Assembly (NCBI GenBank): GCA_951406725.2
Contig: OX597828.1
Span: 24,800,001 to 24,864,000 of the forward strand
Direction of reading: 5' to 3'
DNA length: 64,000 nt
DNA from: Octopus vulgaris
Lineage: Eukaryota
Shown here: in pieces, positions 45,419 to 59,018 of the stretch
How the letters are laid out: every line of letters begins with the position of its first letter
How positions within the stretch are numbered: the stretch's first letter is position 1
The notes under the pieces: model-generated
Databases searched by the model: none
What the model saw: the letters and a program-made list of their open reading frames with translations, nothing else
Told to the model about the DNA's origin: nothing
Made by a program: the position numbers and the translations under genes

Positions 45419-45631
45419 TCTTCTACTCTAGGCACAATGCCTGAAATTTGGGGGGAGGTGGCCAAGTCAATTCGTTCGACCCCAGTACGTAACTCGCACT
45501 TAATTTATCGACCCCAAAAAGGATGCAAGGCAAAGTCGACCTCAGCGGAATTTGAACTCAGAACGTAGCAACAAACGAAATATCGCTAAGCATTTTGCCC
45601 GGCGTGCTAACGTTTCTGCCAGCTCGCCGCC
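45419..45631 (-). mobile_element. SINE family A, tail type 2
   Basis: Matches 33502-33713. Confidence 0.88.
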
Positions 45632-45877
45632 TTATATATGTATATATATGTATATATATGTATATATGGTGCGTGTGTTTATGTGTGTGTGAGCGTATGT
45701 ATGTGCACCAAATTTGTGCGTGCATTTATATGTATGACTGTGTAAGCGTGTGTGAATTAAATGCTATTGCTACATCTGTTATTAAGGGAGTGCCTGCGCG
45801 TGAGCGCGTGTATGTGTTTGTACAGGCGGGTTTTTGTTGTTGTATGTGATCATGTTATTACTTGTGCGTGTGTACAC

Positions 45878-45911
<34 letters not shown>

Positions 45912-46221
45912 CATTAATACTGAAAAGGAGAATGGAGGTTTTTTTTATACATACATAATTTTATTTAACTGTTATTTACTACAGATATTCCGGATTATTG
46001 TTAAGCTCGAGTACTACATACGGACTGTTGTGATTAGCCGGCATTTAAAACGCACTTGAGTGAAAATACGGTGACCGCCAGGATAACATATCCTTTTAAA
46101 CTCACATTTGATATATATATATATATATATATATACCTCCCTGCTTCCATTTCCTGAGCGCCTATTAATAATAATACTGTAATTGTTCCATTGTTGTTGT
46201 TTTTTTGTTTCCCGTTTGGAT

Positions 46222-46262
<41 letters not shown>

Positions 46263-46380
46263 GTATACCTCCCGGTTGCACTAGCATCACAACAATTAGT
46301 TTTATAGCTACAACCACTAATACTATTTCTCATAACACTCTATTACAAAAATGCAATGGGATTTTTAAAAACACTTTTAA

Positions 46381-46471
<91 letters not shown>

Positions 46472-46499
46472 ATACAAGAATTATAAGAATATATGTGTT

Positions 46500-46736
46500 C
46501 TTTTATTTCTTTCGGTCATTTGGCAGCGGCCATGCTGGAGCACCGCCTTTACTCGGAGAAATTGACCCCAGGATTTATTCTTTGTAATCCTAGTACTTAT
46601 GCTATCGGACCCTTTTGCCGAACCGCTAATTTACGGGGACGTATACATACCAACATCGGTTGTCAAGCGACGGTGGAGGAACAGACACACAAACATATAC
46701 ACACACACACATACACACATATATGCATATATATAA

Positions 46737-46801
<65 letters not shown>

Positions 46802-46963
46802 CATACATACATACATACGACGGGCTTCTTTCAGTTTCCGTCTACCAAATCCACTCGCAAAACTTTGGTTAGCCCTAGGCTATATTAGAAGACACTTGCC
46901 CAAGATGCCACACAGTGGGACTGAATCCCGAACCATGTATCTCTATGTGGTTGGTAAGCTAGC
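46500..46963 (-). mobile_element. SINE family B
   Basis: Matches 16063-16457 with a longer internal (TA)n. Confidence 0.87.
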
Positions 46964-46991
46964 AATTATTACTATTATTATTATTATCATT

Positions 46992-47068
<77 letters not shown>

Positions 47069-47586
47069 AGTGGCTATTCGCAATTCTGAGCCGATAGGCA
47101 ACAAGTACAGCTTGTCCCTTAAATGACGGATGGTGTTAGTAAGCACCAGAATTGCTAGAAATAGGAGTAACAACGACTCTTAGCCACATGGGAGCACTTT
47201 TCTAACGGCTGATATATACATACGTGTGTGTTCGTGTGTATGTGCGTGTGTATGGATGTATAAGATATTCACTCCTATAATGGCATTGTTGTCATTGTTG
47301 TTGTTATGCTACATGCGTTTATAAGTGAGTGTATATATCTGTGTGTGTTTATATTGACATAGTGTGTGCTTGATAACCTGTGTGTGTGTGTGTGTGTGCC
47401 TCTGTGTGTGTGTGTGTGCGTGTGTGTGTGTCTCTGTGTGTGTGTGCGTGTGTGTGTGCGCGCGCGCGCGTGTGTGTGTGTGTGCGTGTGTGTGTGTGTG
47501 TGTGTGTGCATGCGTGTGTACATAGCTGTCGATGAATGTTCATGTGCGCGCTTGCTGTTATTTTTTTGTTTTTGTTTCTTTTCCCT

Positions 47587-47872
47587 TTAGCCCCAGGCTA
47601 ACTGCGATCCAACAGACCTGTGATCAAAGATATTGTTGTTGTTTAGCCTTTGGCCTACTCTGATCCAGCTGGCCTGTAACCAAAGAAGTATTTGTTTAGC
47701 CCCAGATCAGTCCTGATCCAAAAAGCTTGCGATAACAGACGTTGTACTTTTTTTAGCCCCAGGTCACCTCTAATCCAGCGGACCTCTAAACAAAGATGCG
47801 ATTTTTACTTCACTAACTTACACCCGATCCATTAGGCTTGTGGTCAAAGGCTTCCGGCCATGACAATCCTGT
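47587..47872. repeat. Degenerate ~55-bp tandem array, 4-5 units
   Basis: TTAGCC starts at 47587, 47643, 47696, 47753; each unit has (G)ATCCA and most have CAAAG. Confidence 0.7.
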
Positions 47873-48088
47873 TTTATGTGGGGAGGGATATCTCAGATAT
47901 ATCGCAAAAAAAAAAAAAATTCTAAAAATCAGTGAAAAATTAAAAAATTAGGGAGGTAGCGGGGGATTTAAATTTTGAAATGCAGATTTTTTTGGCAGAT
48001 TCGAAATCTTCACACTCGAATTAGTGGGTTTCTGTAGGAAAAAAAAGACCCAAAGGGGGTATGGTCCATAATTTTTTTACCTCCGCAG

Positions 48089-48169
<81 letters not shown>

Positions 48170-48211
48170 GATATATATATATATATATATATATAGTTTA
48201 TATAAATATAC

Positions 48212-48258
<47 letters not shown>

Positions 48259-49213
48259 TTTAGGGAAGTTATTTATAGAACATTAAGTGACCGCGTTACA
48301 TATTATTTTTCTTGTTAGTTTGTACTTTAATGTGTCTTAACCATCTTTTAGCTGCGGGCCCCTTTGGTTCCGCTTTAGCTCGGGCGGACCCTCATGGCCA
48401 TTCAATGTTTAAAAAAAGTCCTATTATGTTTTATATCGTATTAAGAATTATGTGAAGAAAAAAATATTGTAAATATATATTGTGTATTGTGGACGTATAA
48501 CCAATTTATTGCAGATAGATTTTAATAACAAAATCTTATGAGGACCTTCAAGGGTCATTATAACCCCGATCGAGATCCACTGTTGTGCATCAACATAGAA
48601 AGAGTTGGAGGTGGAGAGTGGAGGGCATCAAAACATACAAAGAAAGTGAAAAAATAAAGAAGAACAGTTTAAGTTTCGGTTTCCAAGTCCCAAACACCAT
48701 GAGGAAGAAATAAATTACGGAAGATTTGGCGAAGTTTTGGAATACTTATCCTTCAATGTCCCATACATCATGGGAAAGGAAAAGGGTAGTTTCCTTCATT
48801 ATTTATTTACTTATTCAGTTATTATAGTACTCATTTATTATAGTATTCTCGGAGAGAGTCGAAATTAAGATTCTGAAAAATGAACATCCAAAACTTTCAC
48901 TGTTTTGACACTTTTACCAGCTCTCCCCCACTTCCGCGTCCTTTTCTGTTCGTGTGAGGTAAGGGACATCTAAGGAAAACTTATGCTTTCTACAACTCAA
49001 AAACTTTGTACTGGATCGTAATTTTTGTTACATGAAACACCGACAGGAATAACAATACACACACACACACACGCACACACACACACATATACATATGTGT
49101 GTGTATAAATTTTGAGTCGTTTTGAACCCAAGATTTATCAATCTAAAACAAACACATTTTTTCTTTCACCAATGGGTCAAAGGGGTCACATCTCTCTCTC
49201 TCTCTCTCTCTCT

Positions 49214-49278
<65 letters not shown>

Positions 49279-49546
49279 ATATACATATATATATTTATAT
49301 ATAACCACACATATATATATATTATGTATATATCTATATATATGTATATACATTTATATATATATCTATATATATATTCATATGTATATATGTATATGCA
49401 TATATGTATAAATATTTATATGTATATACATTCATATGTATGTATAAATATTTATATATATGTATTTATATTTATATATATATATATATATTTATATATA
49501 TGTATAAATATATATATATATTTATGTATAAATGTTATTAAGGGAG

Positions 49547-49970
49547 TATGTATGTATGTATGTATGTATGTATGTATGTATATATGTATGTATGTATATA
49601 TATAGATATATATATGTGTGTGTGTGTGTATACATAAATGAAGGAACAATATATATAAATATATATAAATACGCACAGGCACTCATATATATGTATATAT
49701 ATATTTATATAAAAAACCTCCATTCTCCTTTTCAGTATTAATGTTTCATATATATATATATATATATACTCGTGTACACATGCACAAGTAATAACATGAT
49801 CACATACACGTGTATAAATAAATATATATATATGAGTGCCTGTGCGTATTTATATATATTTATATATATTGTTCCTTCATTTATGTATACACACACACAC
49901 ACATATATATATCTATATATATACATACATACATACATATATACATACATACATACATACATACATACAT
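49547..49970. repeat. Recent local inverted duplication
   Basis: 49547-49691 is the reverse complement of about 49824-49970. Confidence 0.9.
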
Positions 49971-50104
49971 ACATACATACATACATACGTACATACATAC
50001 ATACATACATACATACATAAATGAAGAAACAAACCTACCATCACATTTCCTGTCACAATCACAAAAGAAAAAAAAAACTTATTAAAGATAAAGTTTTTCC
50101 TTAC

Positions 50105-50566
50105 CTCATGTTTTATCGCATATCCATGACTTCGAGCTACCCGACGAGCAATTTTTAATCCACCCGGAATTTGAGCTGCCCATTCGTTGGTAAAACCACT
50201 AGATCTCTTTTCTCTTCTACTTCTTTTTCTTCTCTTTGATGTTGTCGTTAATGTTGATGCTGTTGTTTTTGTTGTCGACTTGGTCTTATTTGTAGTTACA
50301 CCAGTCGAACTGAAAAACCTGTCATCGGAACTCGATGCAGAAAATGCTGTACTTTTCAAAGAAGTTGGCACTGAAGTTACGCTAACTGTTGATTTTGGTG
50401 TTGAGCTTGTGGTGGCTGTTTTGTAAGTAAAAGTTGCATTTGTTGTTGCATTTATTACTTTTGTCGTTGCTGTTGTTTTTGTTGCCGTAGATGTAGCATA
50501 GAGCAGAGCCAACAGGACGAAAATCCGAGCAGCCAGCAGCCAATAAGCAGCGAAGTCCAAGCTCAT
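50105..50566 (-). CDS. PCSK1: First coding exon of a subtilisin/kexin proprotein convertase, most like neuroendocrine convertase 1 (PC1/3)
   Basis: Signal peptide, then FTNEWAAQIPGGLKIARRVARSHGY matching the S8 pro-domain start (human PC1/3 FVNEWAAEIPGG); phase-0 donor GAG|GTAAGG at 50104 where this family has its first coding intron; paralogue assignment is tentative. Confidence 0.8.
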
Positions 50567-50997
50567 ACTACGAAGCTTACAGTTCCCGTGAGGTCTTCAC
50601 GTTCTACTGACTGACAATGATCTGCTGTAGCAAATACTCGCTTCTTTTTTTCTTTTTCTACCACTATTTATTTATTTATTTACCTTTTAGTATTATTAGT
50701 ATCGGTAGCCATTTTTAATTCTTTTTTTATTTTTTTTCTTTCCCCGCCTCTCATCCATTCATTATTTCATCTTCCGGTTTTAAAAGGTCTCTAACTCTAT
50801 GGCTCGGCTGTGATAGTTACTGTGATAGTTGGTGCTACTTTTAAAGTGGGTTGGTTGTGGTAGTGGTTCGAAAGATGGTGGCGGGGGTTGCTGTGGATTT
50901 TATTGTTGTTGTTAAGGTGGAGTTGGAGGTGGTAGTGGCTGTAGTGGTGGTAGCTATCGTAAATAACTTTTTTTTTCCATTTTCCTTGTTTCACTGT

Positions 50998-51161
50998 TGT
51001 TCAAATTCCGCCGAGGTCGACTTTGCCTTTTATCTTTTCGGAGACTTTAAATTAAGTACCAGTGAAACACTAGGGTCGATGTAACCGACTATCCCCCTCC
51101 CCCAAATTTCAGGCCTTGTGCCTATTGCAGAAAATATTATTATTATCATTTACTATTATTA

Positions 51162-51249
<88 letters not shown>

Positions 51250-51439
51250 TGGCAGAATCGTTAGCACGTCGGGCAAGATGCTTAGCGGTATTTCGTCCGT
51301 CTTTAAGTTCTAAGTTCAAATTCTACTGGGGTCGACTATGCTTTTCATCCTTCGGGGTCGATAAAATATATGTACAAGGGTCGATGCAAATGACTAGTCC
51401 CGCCCCACAAAATTCGGGCCTTGTGCCTAATAGTAGAAA
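50998..51439 (+). mobile_element. Two SINE family A copies (50998-51135 partial, 51250-51439) among (TTA)n
   Basis: B box, core and tail type 2. Confidence 0.8.
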
Positions 51440-51562
51440 TTATTATTATTATTATTATTATTATTGTTGTTGTTGTTGTTGTTGTTACTTTTTATTATTA
51501 TTGTTCTTGTTATTATTATTATCGTTGTTTTTATTTTATCTTAATATTGTTATTATTATCAA

Positions 51563-51610
<48 letters not shown>

Positions 51611-51676
51611 TTTAATCTTTTTATTATTGTTATTATTATTATTATTGTTGTTACTATTTTTTATATTATTATTATA

Positions 51677-51735
<59 letters not shown>

Positions 51736-52468
51736 TTCCTGTGCAGGCAATCGTAGTTGTTGAAGGGGTTAATGTTTTTGCCGTAGGGCCACAGTTGGTT
51801 TATACAACTGTTAGCAGTTGCGGCTGTTGTTCTTATTGTTGTCAAGGTGGTAGAAATAGCTGTAATAGCTGTTGCTTTTATTGTTGCCACTTTTGTAGTA
51901 GTGTTTGTTGTTTTTGTGTACATGATAGTTGTTGTTGCTGTTGCAGTTGTTGTTGCGATGCCCTACGTGTGTGTGTGTGTGTGTGTGTTTCATTTACTTT
52001 TTTTATTCGCCTCATTCGTTGAAATGCAACTATGCTGGGCCCAAACTTCAGGGGTTTCCTCTATTGACCATATTCACCCGAAGGCTTACAGCTGGTACAG
52101 GTTTTACTGATCGACCTTCATCTAATCGCTATTTTACGCGATACAAAAGCATTTCATAATAAATAACGGTGCATTTGAAGGGTAAACAAATGGAACACAC
52201 GTACAGTCAGACACATGTACATTAAAAAATGTGTAATCTATACATGTATGTATATGTGGAGATGTGTATGTATATATATATATATATATATATACATACA
52301 TATGTATGTATACATGTATGTATATATGTATATAGGCATATATGTATATATATGTATATATATATGTATATATGTATATATATATATGTAAATATGTACA
52401 TATAAATATGTATGTATATATATATATATTTTATATATATATATATATGTAAATGTATATATGTATGA

Positions 52469-52535
<67 letters not shown>

Positions 52536-52589
52536 GATATATATATATACATATATATATATTTATATACACACACACACATGCCCGCT

Positions 52590-52713
52590 ACCAACCCATA
52601 GTTCTTGGTTCAGTCCCACTGCGTGGCAACGTGGGCAGATGTCATGCTACAGCCTCAGGCCAACCAAAGCCTTGTGGGTGGATTTGGTAGGCGTAAACTG
52701 AAAGAAGCCCATC

Positions 52714-52780
<67 letters not shown>

Positions 52781-52936
52781 GGTGCAGAGTGGCTGTGTAG
52801 TAAGTAGCTTACTAACCAACCACATGGTTCTGGGTTCAGTCCCACTGCATGGAACCTTATAGCCTCTACTATAGCCTCGGCCCGAGCAAAGCCTTGTGAG
52901 TGGATTTGATAGACGGAAACTGAAAGAAGCCCGTCG

Positions 52937-52985
<49 letters not shown>

Positions 52986-53285
52986 ATATATACGTATGTA
53001 TGTAGGTAAGTATGTATGTATGTATGTATGTATGTATGTATGTATGTATGTATGTATGTATGTGTGTGTATATGTTTGAGTGTCTTTGTTTGTCCCTCCA
53101 GCATCGTTTGACAACCGATGCTGGTGTGTTTACGTCCCCGTAACTTAGCGGTTTGGGAAAAGAGGCTGATAGAATAAGCACTAAGCTTACAAAGAATAAG
53201 TCCTGGGGTCGATTTGCTCGACTAAAGGCAGTGCCCCAGCATGGCCGCACTCAAACGACAGAAACAAGTAAAAGAATAAAAGAAT
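52590..53285 (+). mobile_element. SINE family B: partial head (52590-52715) and full copy (52780-53285)
   Basis: Reverse complement of 16063-16457. Confidence 0.87.
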
Positions 53286-53560
53286 ACATACATATACACA
53301 CATATATGTACATATGTATACATACACACATACACACACACACACATATATATATGTATATATTAATATATATATATATATATCGATATATATTTTTTTT
53401 AATTAATATATAGAGCAGAAGTAACAGAATGACTCAAGGTCCGAGTTTTTCGTGTGTTGTCATTTATCAAACTTGTTTGTGCATGTGAAAATATAGACAC
53501 ACACAAACACACATATATACACACACACACAGACGCACTTACATTTATATATACACACGC

Positions 53561-53601
<41 letters not shown>

Positions 53602-54175
53602 TTCATGTATGCTTGCTTTATTCTGTTTATGTATAGTATTATTTACTTTTCTAAAATGCCATATGGTCGGAGACACATGTAATCTGCTTGTGTTCAACAG
53701 ACTAATAAACGCATATATGTGTGTGCGTGAGCGTGTGTGTATGGGGGTGTGTGAAAAGTCCTACATAAAGATATTGATATACAATATTCTCTACCGTATT
53801 ATTGTTATCATTACTGTTGTCGATATGCTTGTTATTTTTTTGTAGAGTGTTATTATGTAACCGAATGTCGTTCCTCGTGAAATTTACCTTCCCAAAAGTT
53901 TTATTTATAACCTTCCAATAACTTTCAGGGTTACAGCCGTCTTCCACGTCATTTTATATGTTTTGCTTTTAATAATCGTTTTACGAACACTACAATAGTT
54001 TTGTCATTTAATATCTGCAGTTAGTTTCACATTCACACTCGAGAACTGGTTCCGTGTTTTTTTATACTTCCACCGCCAAACCTCACATCTTCTTATGCCT
54101 TATGTGTGCGAGTACATATGTGTGTATGCGTGTGTGTGTGTGTATGTGTGAGTTTGCGCGTGTGTGTGTTTGTGT

Positions 54176-54234
<59 letters not shown>

Positions 54235-54306
54235 TATATAATATATATATACACACACATATTTATATATACGTATATATTGATAGTAATAAAGAGTTTA
54301 AGCGTA

Positions 54307-54357
<51 letters not shown>

Positions 54358-54764
54358 ATATATATATATATATATACATAGTTCGTTTCTATGTTTTTAT
54401 TTTTCCGTTTCTCATCGTGTTCAACGATATTTTTTATGTCTTGTACCCATATATGCATGTATATATACATGTATATGCAGGTATGTACATATATGTATGT
54501 ATATATGCATATATTTATATATTAATTATATTATTATATATATAAAAACACTCACATACACACATATATATGTGATTATTTATATGATTATATAAAGAAA
54601 TGTAATTTTATGACGATCGAGAAATAATGTCATCAACTACCAATGTTTTTATTATTTGTAACAGCCGTATTTTCTTTCATAAAATTTTACATTTTAATTA
54701 TTCTGAAACAATAAAATTTGCAAACACAATTTGGCAATTAAATATGTGTCGGTCTCTTTGTAAA

Positions 54765-54811
<47 letters not shown>

Positions 54812-54815
<4 letters not shown>

Positions 54816-56535
54816 CTTAGAATAACTTAGAATAACTTAGAAAGGTTTTGGCCAGTATTGGCCCAGGCCATGTCTAACTTAATAGCACCACCTGGCGAAG
54901 TCTTTCAATTCAGGATTTGGGCACTGAGGCCCATTCGAGCAGAGAGTTATTGTTTGCGGAGACATATCCGGGTGTGGGCGGTTTGTCCGGGACTGTTTGA
55001 AAGAATTTGTCCAAAGACTTCTTGAATTTTGCGTGGTCAGTTTCTGTTTTGACGTGTCCTGGTGTAATGTTGAAGAGAGCGGGTCCAATTGAGGTGAAAT
55101 AATTGTGCTGTATTGTCGTTATATGATGCGATTTAGATTTTTGTTGTGGACGGATGGCACGTGGTCCAAGCCTTGGATGTATTTTGAAGGTGATGCCAAC
55201 ATCATTCGGACAGTGCTGATGGAATATTTTCCACATCATACCGATAATGTAGCGTTCACGGCGTCGTTGAAGTGAATACAGTTTCAGTTTCTCTAGTCTA
55301 CCCCAGTAGTCAAGGTCTGACATGCCATCTATCTTTTTTGTGATTGACCTTTGGGGAGCTTCAATTCTCATAATATTTTGTTTTGTGTAGGGAGACCACA
55401 GTGGACAGCAGTATTCAAGGTAGGGTCGAGCAAAAGTGGAGAAGAGAAGGATAATGGTGTGGGAATCTCTCGACTGGAAGGTTCTGAGAATCCAGGAACA
55501 CATTCTGCGGGCCAAATCAACTTTGCTGCTTATATGTGTAGCCCAGCTTATGTTGTTGTCCACTGTTACTCCCAAGTCTCTGATGTTGTTAGACGCCATG
55601 AGAATTTCTCCAGAAGGAAGGGAGTATGGGAGTTTCAGAGCGTCCTTCCTTCCAAAGTGGATCAGTTCGAATTTGTCTTCGTTTAGCAACATGTTCTTTT
55701 CCACCCATTGGACAACAGCCAGTAAGTCTGACTGAAGGCTTTTTCGGTCATCCACGCCATTGATGACCTTCTGGAGCTTGGAATCATCAGCGAAGGTTCT
55801 GATGTTACTGTGTTTGATGGTGTCAGTAATATCATTAATGTAGATGATGAAGAGAAGTGGGCCCAACATAGTGCCTTGTGAGACACCACTGCTGACTTTG
55901 GCTGGGCTGGATTTGACTCCTTCGACTGCAACATGTTGGATTCTGTTAGACAGGAAGCACTTGATCCACTGCAGCAGCTTTCCAGTGACACCAATATTGG
56001 ACAGCTTTCTCAAAAGGATCTTATGATCAACCCTGTCAAAGGCCTTGCTGAAAACAAGGTAGATGACATCAGTGTTGGAACCCTCTCCCAAGGCTCTCAA
56101 AATGTCATCAAAATGATGCAGTAGCTGGTTGGAGTTCACCATATTATGACTCTCGAGGAAGTGAGTCATACGCGATCTCAGCACTCTCTCAAATACCTTA
56201 ATGATATGAGAGGTGAGTGAGATTGGACGGTAATTCACGGCAAGCGATTTGCTTCCTTTTTTGAAAACTGGGACAACAGACTGTGATAGAAGGTCTTCTG
56301 GTATATATCCAGCATCCAGTGAGTTCCGCCACAGATTGGCTAGAGGGGGTGCAAGTTGGTGTTGACACATCTTCAAGACACAAGTAGGGAACCTATCGGG
56401 ACCTACTGCTGAATTATGTTTCATTTCCTTTATTGCTGCTAAGACATTAGGAGCGCCAAAGGTTATGTCCGATAAAGTTTATTGGGGAGTAACATCACTG
56501 ATACAGCCCAGATCAGTCATATCAGGAATACACTT
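54812..56535 (-). mobile_element. 5'-truncated CR1-group LINE
   Basis: RT ORF 54910-56424; short 3' UTR ending in three 10-bp repeats (CTAAGTTATT) beside (TA)n. Confidence 0.88.
54910..56424 (-). pseudogene. Non-LTR reverse transcriptase, truncated and defective
   Basis: NYRPISLTS, FSKAFDRVDH, GVSQGTMLGPLLF, FADD; lacks the HGF..CLTQ block and the first catalytic D (LVFSKAFD). Confidence 0.88.
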
Positions 56536-56635
56536 GTATATATACACTTGTATATATATACATATACTTTTTCACTTTCCCGAACGTCAAACAAATACAG
56601 GTGTTCATACACCTGTCTTCTCCTTTATTTTTTTT

Positions 56636-56675
<40 letters not shown>

Positions 56676-56689
56676 GTCGATCCTGAGGA

Positions 56690-57240
56690 GAACGTTTCTT
56701 CTCAGCCGCCTGGACTCCCAGTTATGGTCAGCACATAGTACCGCGGAGCTTAAAGCAGTCCAACGCCACTACACTAAAAACATTGAAATAGTGCAGCGGG
56801 TGAGCTACAGGGATAGGTTTTACTTTACTCACGGGAGCGAAGGCGTAAGAAATGTGCAATAATATACATATGGAAATTCCTAGAAAAGCTAGTACCTAAT
56901 TTTGGTTTTGAGTGTCATACAAATGCCAAAACTGGCCGCCACCATTTACTCCATCTAAATTTGGGGTCAGGTACTGCAGCAGCGTAATGTTCAAAGGTCC
57001 ACAGCTCTTCAATGCTCTGCTACAAAAATTAAGAAATCCGCATACGGTGGAAGTATATGTCTTCAAAAAGGAACTCGACATCATCTTCTCCACAGTACCG
57101 GATGAACCAACAGCCCGACATGAGGTACAGACAGGGCAGCGGAATCAAGCACCCTTATACACCAAATGGATCAACAGCTGGGAGAAAGGCACATGCAGGT
57201 GTGGTGATGTGAAACACCCCAGACTCAGAAAATCATAAAC
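56690..57240 (+). mobile_element. Old CR1-group LINE 3' fragment
   Basis: SQLWS..AVQRHYTK, KGPQLFNAL..FKKELD..VPDEP paralleling the C-terminus of the 54910 ORF. Confidence 0.75.
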
Positions 57241-57677
57241 ACCATGGTGGTGCTCCAGCATGTCCCACTGCCGCATGGCTGAAACGAATAAAAGATATAT
57301 ATATATATATATATATACGCATATACACTCACATATGTATAATAATATATATATATATATCTGTGTGTAAATATATACACACACACACACACACACAAAC
57401 ACACACAAACACACACACAAAAATATATATATATATATACTGTGCTCTCTGTTGATTTTTATCATATGTGTATAGTGCGTGTGTGCTTTTGTGTGTATTT
57501 GTGTGTGTATGTATCAGAATGACCGACCTCCGGGTGGTTTTCTACGTGTCACTAAATTACATTTGCACATATGATTCCCAATCTCTGAACTTTGGTTTCA
57601 TGTTACGTCTAATTTTCCTTTTGTATCCTTTACTTGTCTAATTATACTCACTCAACCTAAATAAATATATTTATTTT

Positions 57678-57838
57678 TTTATTGCCCATAAGGGGCTAAA
57701 CATAGAGGCGACAAACAAGGACAGACAAGGGGATTAAGTCGATTTCATTGACACCAGTGATTAACTGGTTCTTATTTAATCGACCCCGAAAGGATGAAAG
57801 GCAAAGTCGACCTCGGCGGAATTTGAACTCAGAACGTT
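57678..57838 (-). mobile_element. SINE family A, tail type 1, 5'-truncated
   Basis: Matches 6079-6245. Confidence 0.85.
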
Positions 57839-58647
57839 GGCACAACTGCTATCTATCCTGAATTGTCCCCGCTGAATTTTATGAAAAATATATTTTTCTA
57901 AATGAAATTTTCATCAAATGTCTATCAGATCCACATTGCAATTTTATCGCGATTTGTCGTGGAGAGGGCCTGGGGGTTTCTGATAATTAACACCTTATCA
58001 CCCTTCTACATTGTTTCCTCATAACTTTCAGAAAATGGGTATTAAATAAATTTTCTACGATTACCTTTCAGATGGTGTAGATCACGATTATATCTGAATT
58101 TAATGTGAAAAAGAATTGGAAGGTAAAGGATGTTTCACGCGTCAAAACTTTGTTTCCTCATAGCTTTTCATGATGTAGACTATAATCACGATGAAAAAAC
58201 AATTTCTCTTTGGATCCACATGATCCCTGTTATTTCAAGATTACTAAACGACCACAGAAAGGATGGGTTAACTTTGAGTTTGTTTAAAAGAGAGTGAATG
58301 CGACTGCGATAAGATAAAAAGTTTTGCTACAGGAACAAACCCTATAATTTCGTGAGGGGGAGTTGATCGAATACATCCACCCCAGTGTTCGACTGGTACT
58401 TATCTTATCGGTCCCGAAACGATAAAAAAAAACAATTTTGACCTCGGGAGGATTTGAACTCACAAGTAAAGGCAGCTCAAATGTCGCCGAATATTTTGTT
58501 CAGCGCGTTAATGCTTCAGTCACGTCGCAGTTGAAGATTACGATATAATAATGAAAGGGATATGGATTCAATAATTTTACCAAGATTTTTCTCGCCTTTC
58601 TATAAAGATTTTTTTCAGAAAGTTCTTGGAAATGGATGTACTTTCTA

Positions 58648-59018
58648 ACAGCATGGTTCCGAGTTCGGTCCCACTGCGAAGCACCTTGGGCAAGTGTTTT
58701 CTACTATACCCTCGGCCGACAATAACCTTGTTAGTGGATTTTGTAGACGGAAACTGAAAGAACCCTATCGCGTATATGTGTGTGCGGTTGTGTATATGTG
58801 TGTGTGTTTGTCTGAGTCTGTGCTTATACCCTACCACCACTTGACAACCGGTGTTGGCATGTTTGCGTTCCTGCGACTTAGCGGCTCGGCAACATAAAAC
58901 AATAAAATAAATACCAGGTTTTACAAAGAAATAAACCCTGGGCTTGATCATTCGCCTAAAAATTCTTTAATGCGGTGCCCCAGCATGGCCGCAGTCTAAT
59001 GACTGAAACAAAAGATGA
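58648..59018 (+). mobile_element. SINE family B, diverged
   Basis: B box, core, short microsatellite, tail. Confidence 0.8.

Noticed and set aside
47587-47872. CRISPR-like repeat/spacer appearance
   Set aside because: Units are degenerate along their whole length, the context is eukaryotic, and there are no cas genes
49913-50104. C-terminal part of the 217-aa ORF
   Set aside because: Read-through past the splice donor into intron and microsatellite
57860-58210. Faint ~130-140 bp internal repeats; also unclassified transposon-like ends at 47880-48090, 48330-48580 and 61040-61210
   Set aside because: Could not define termini or family by eye
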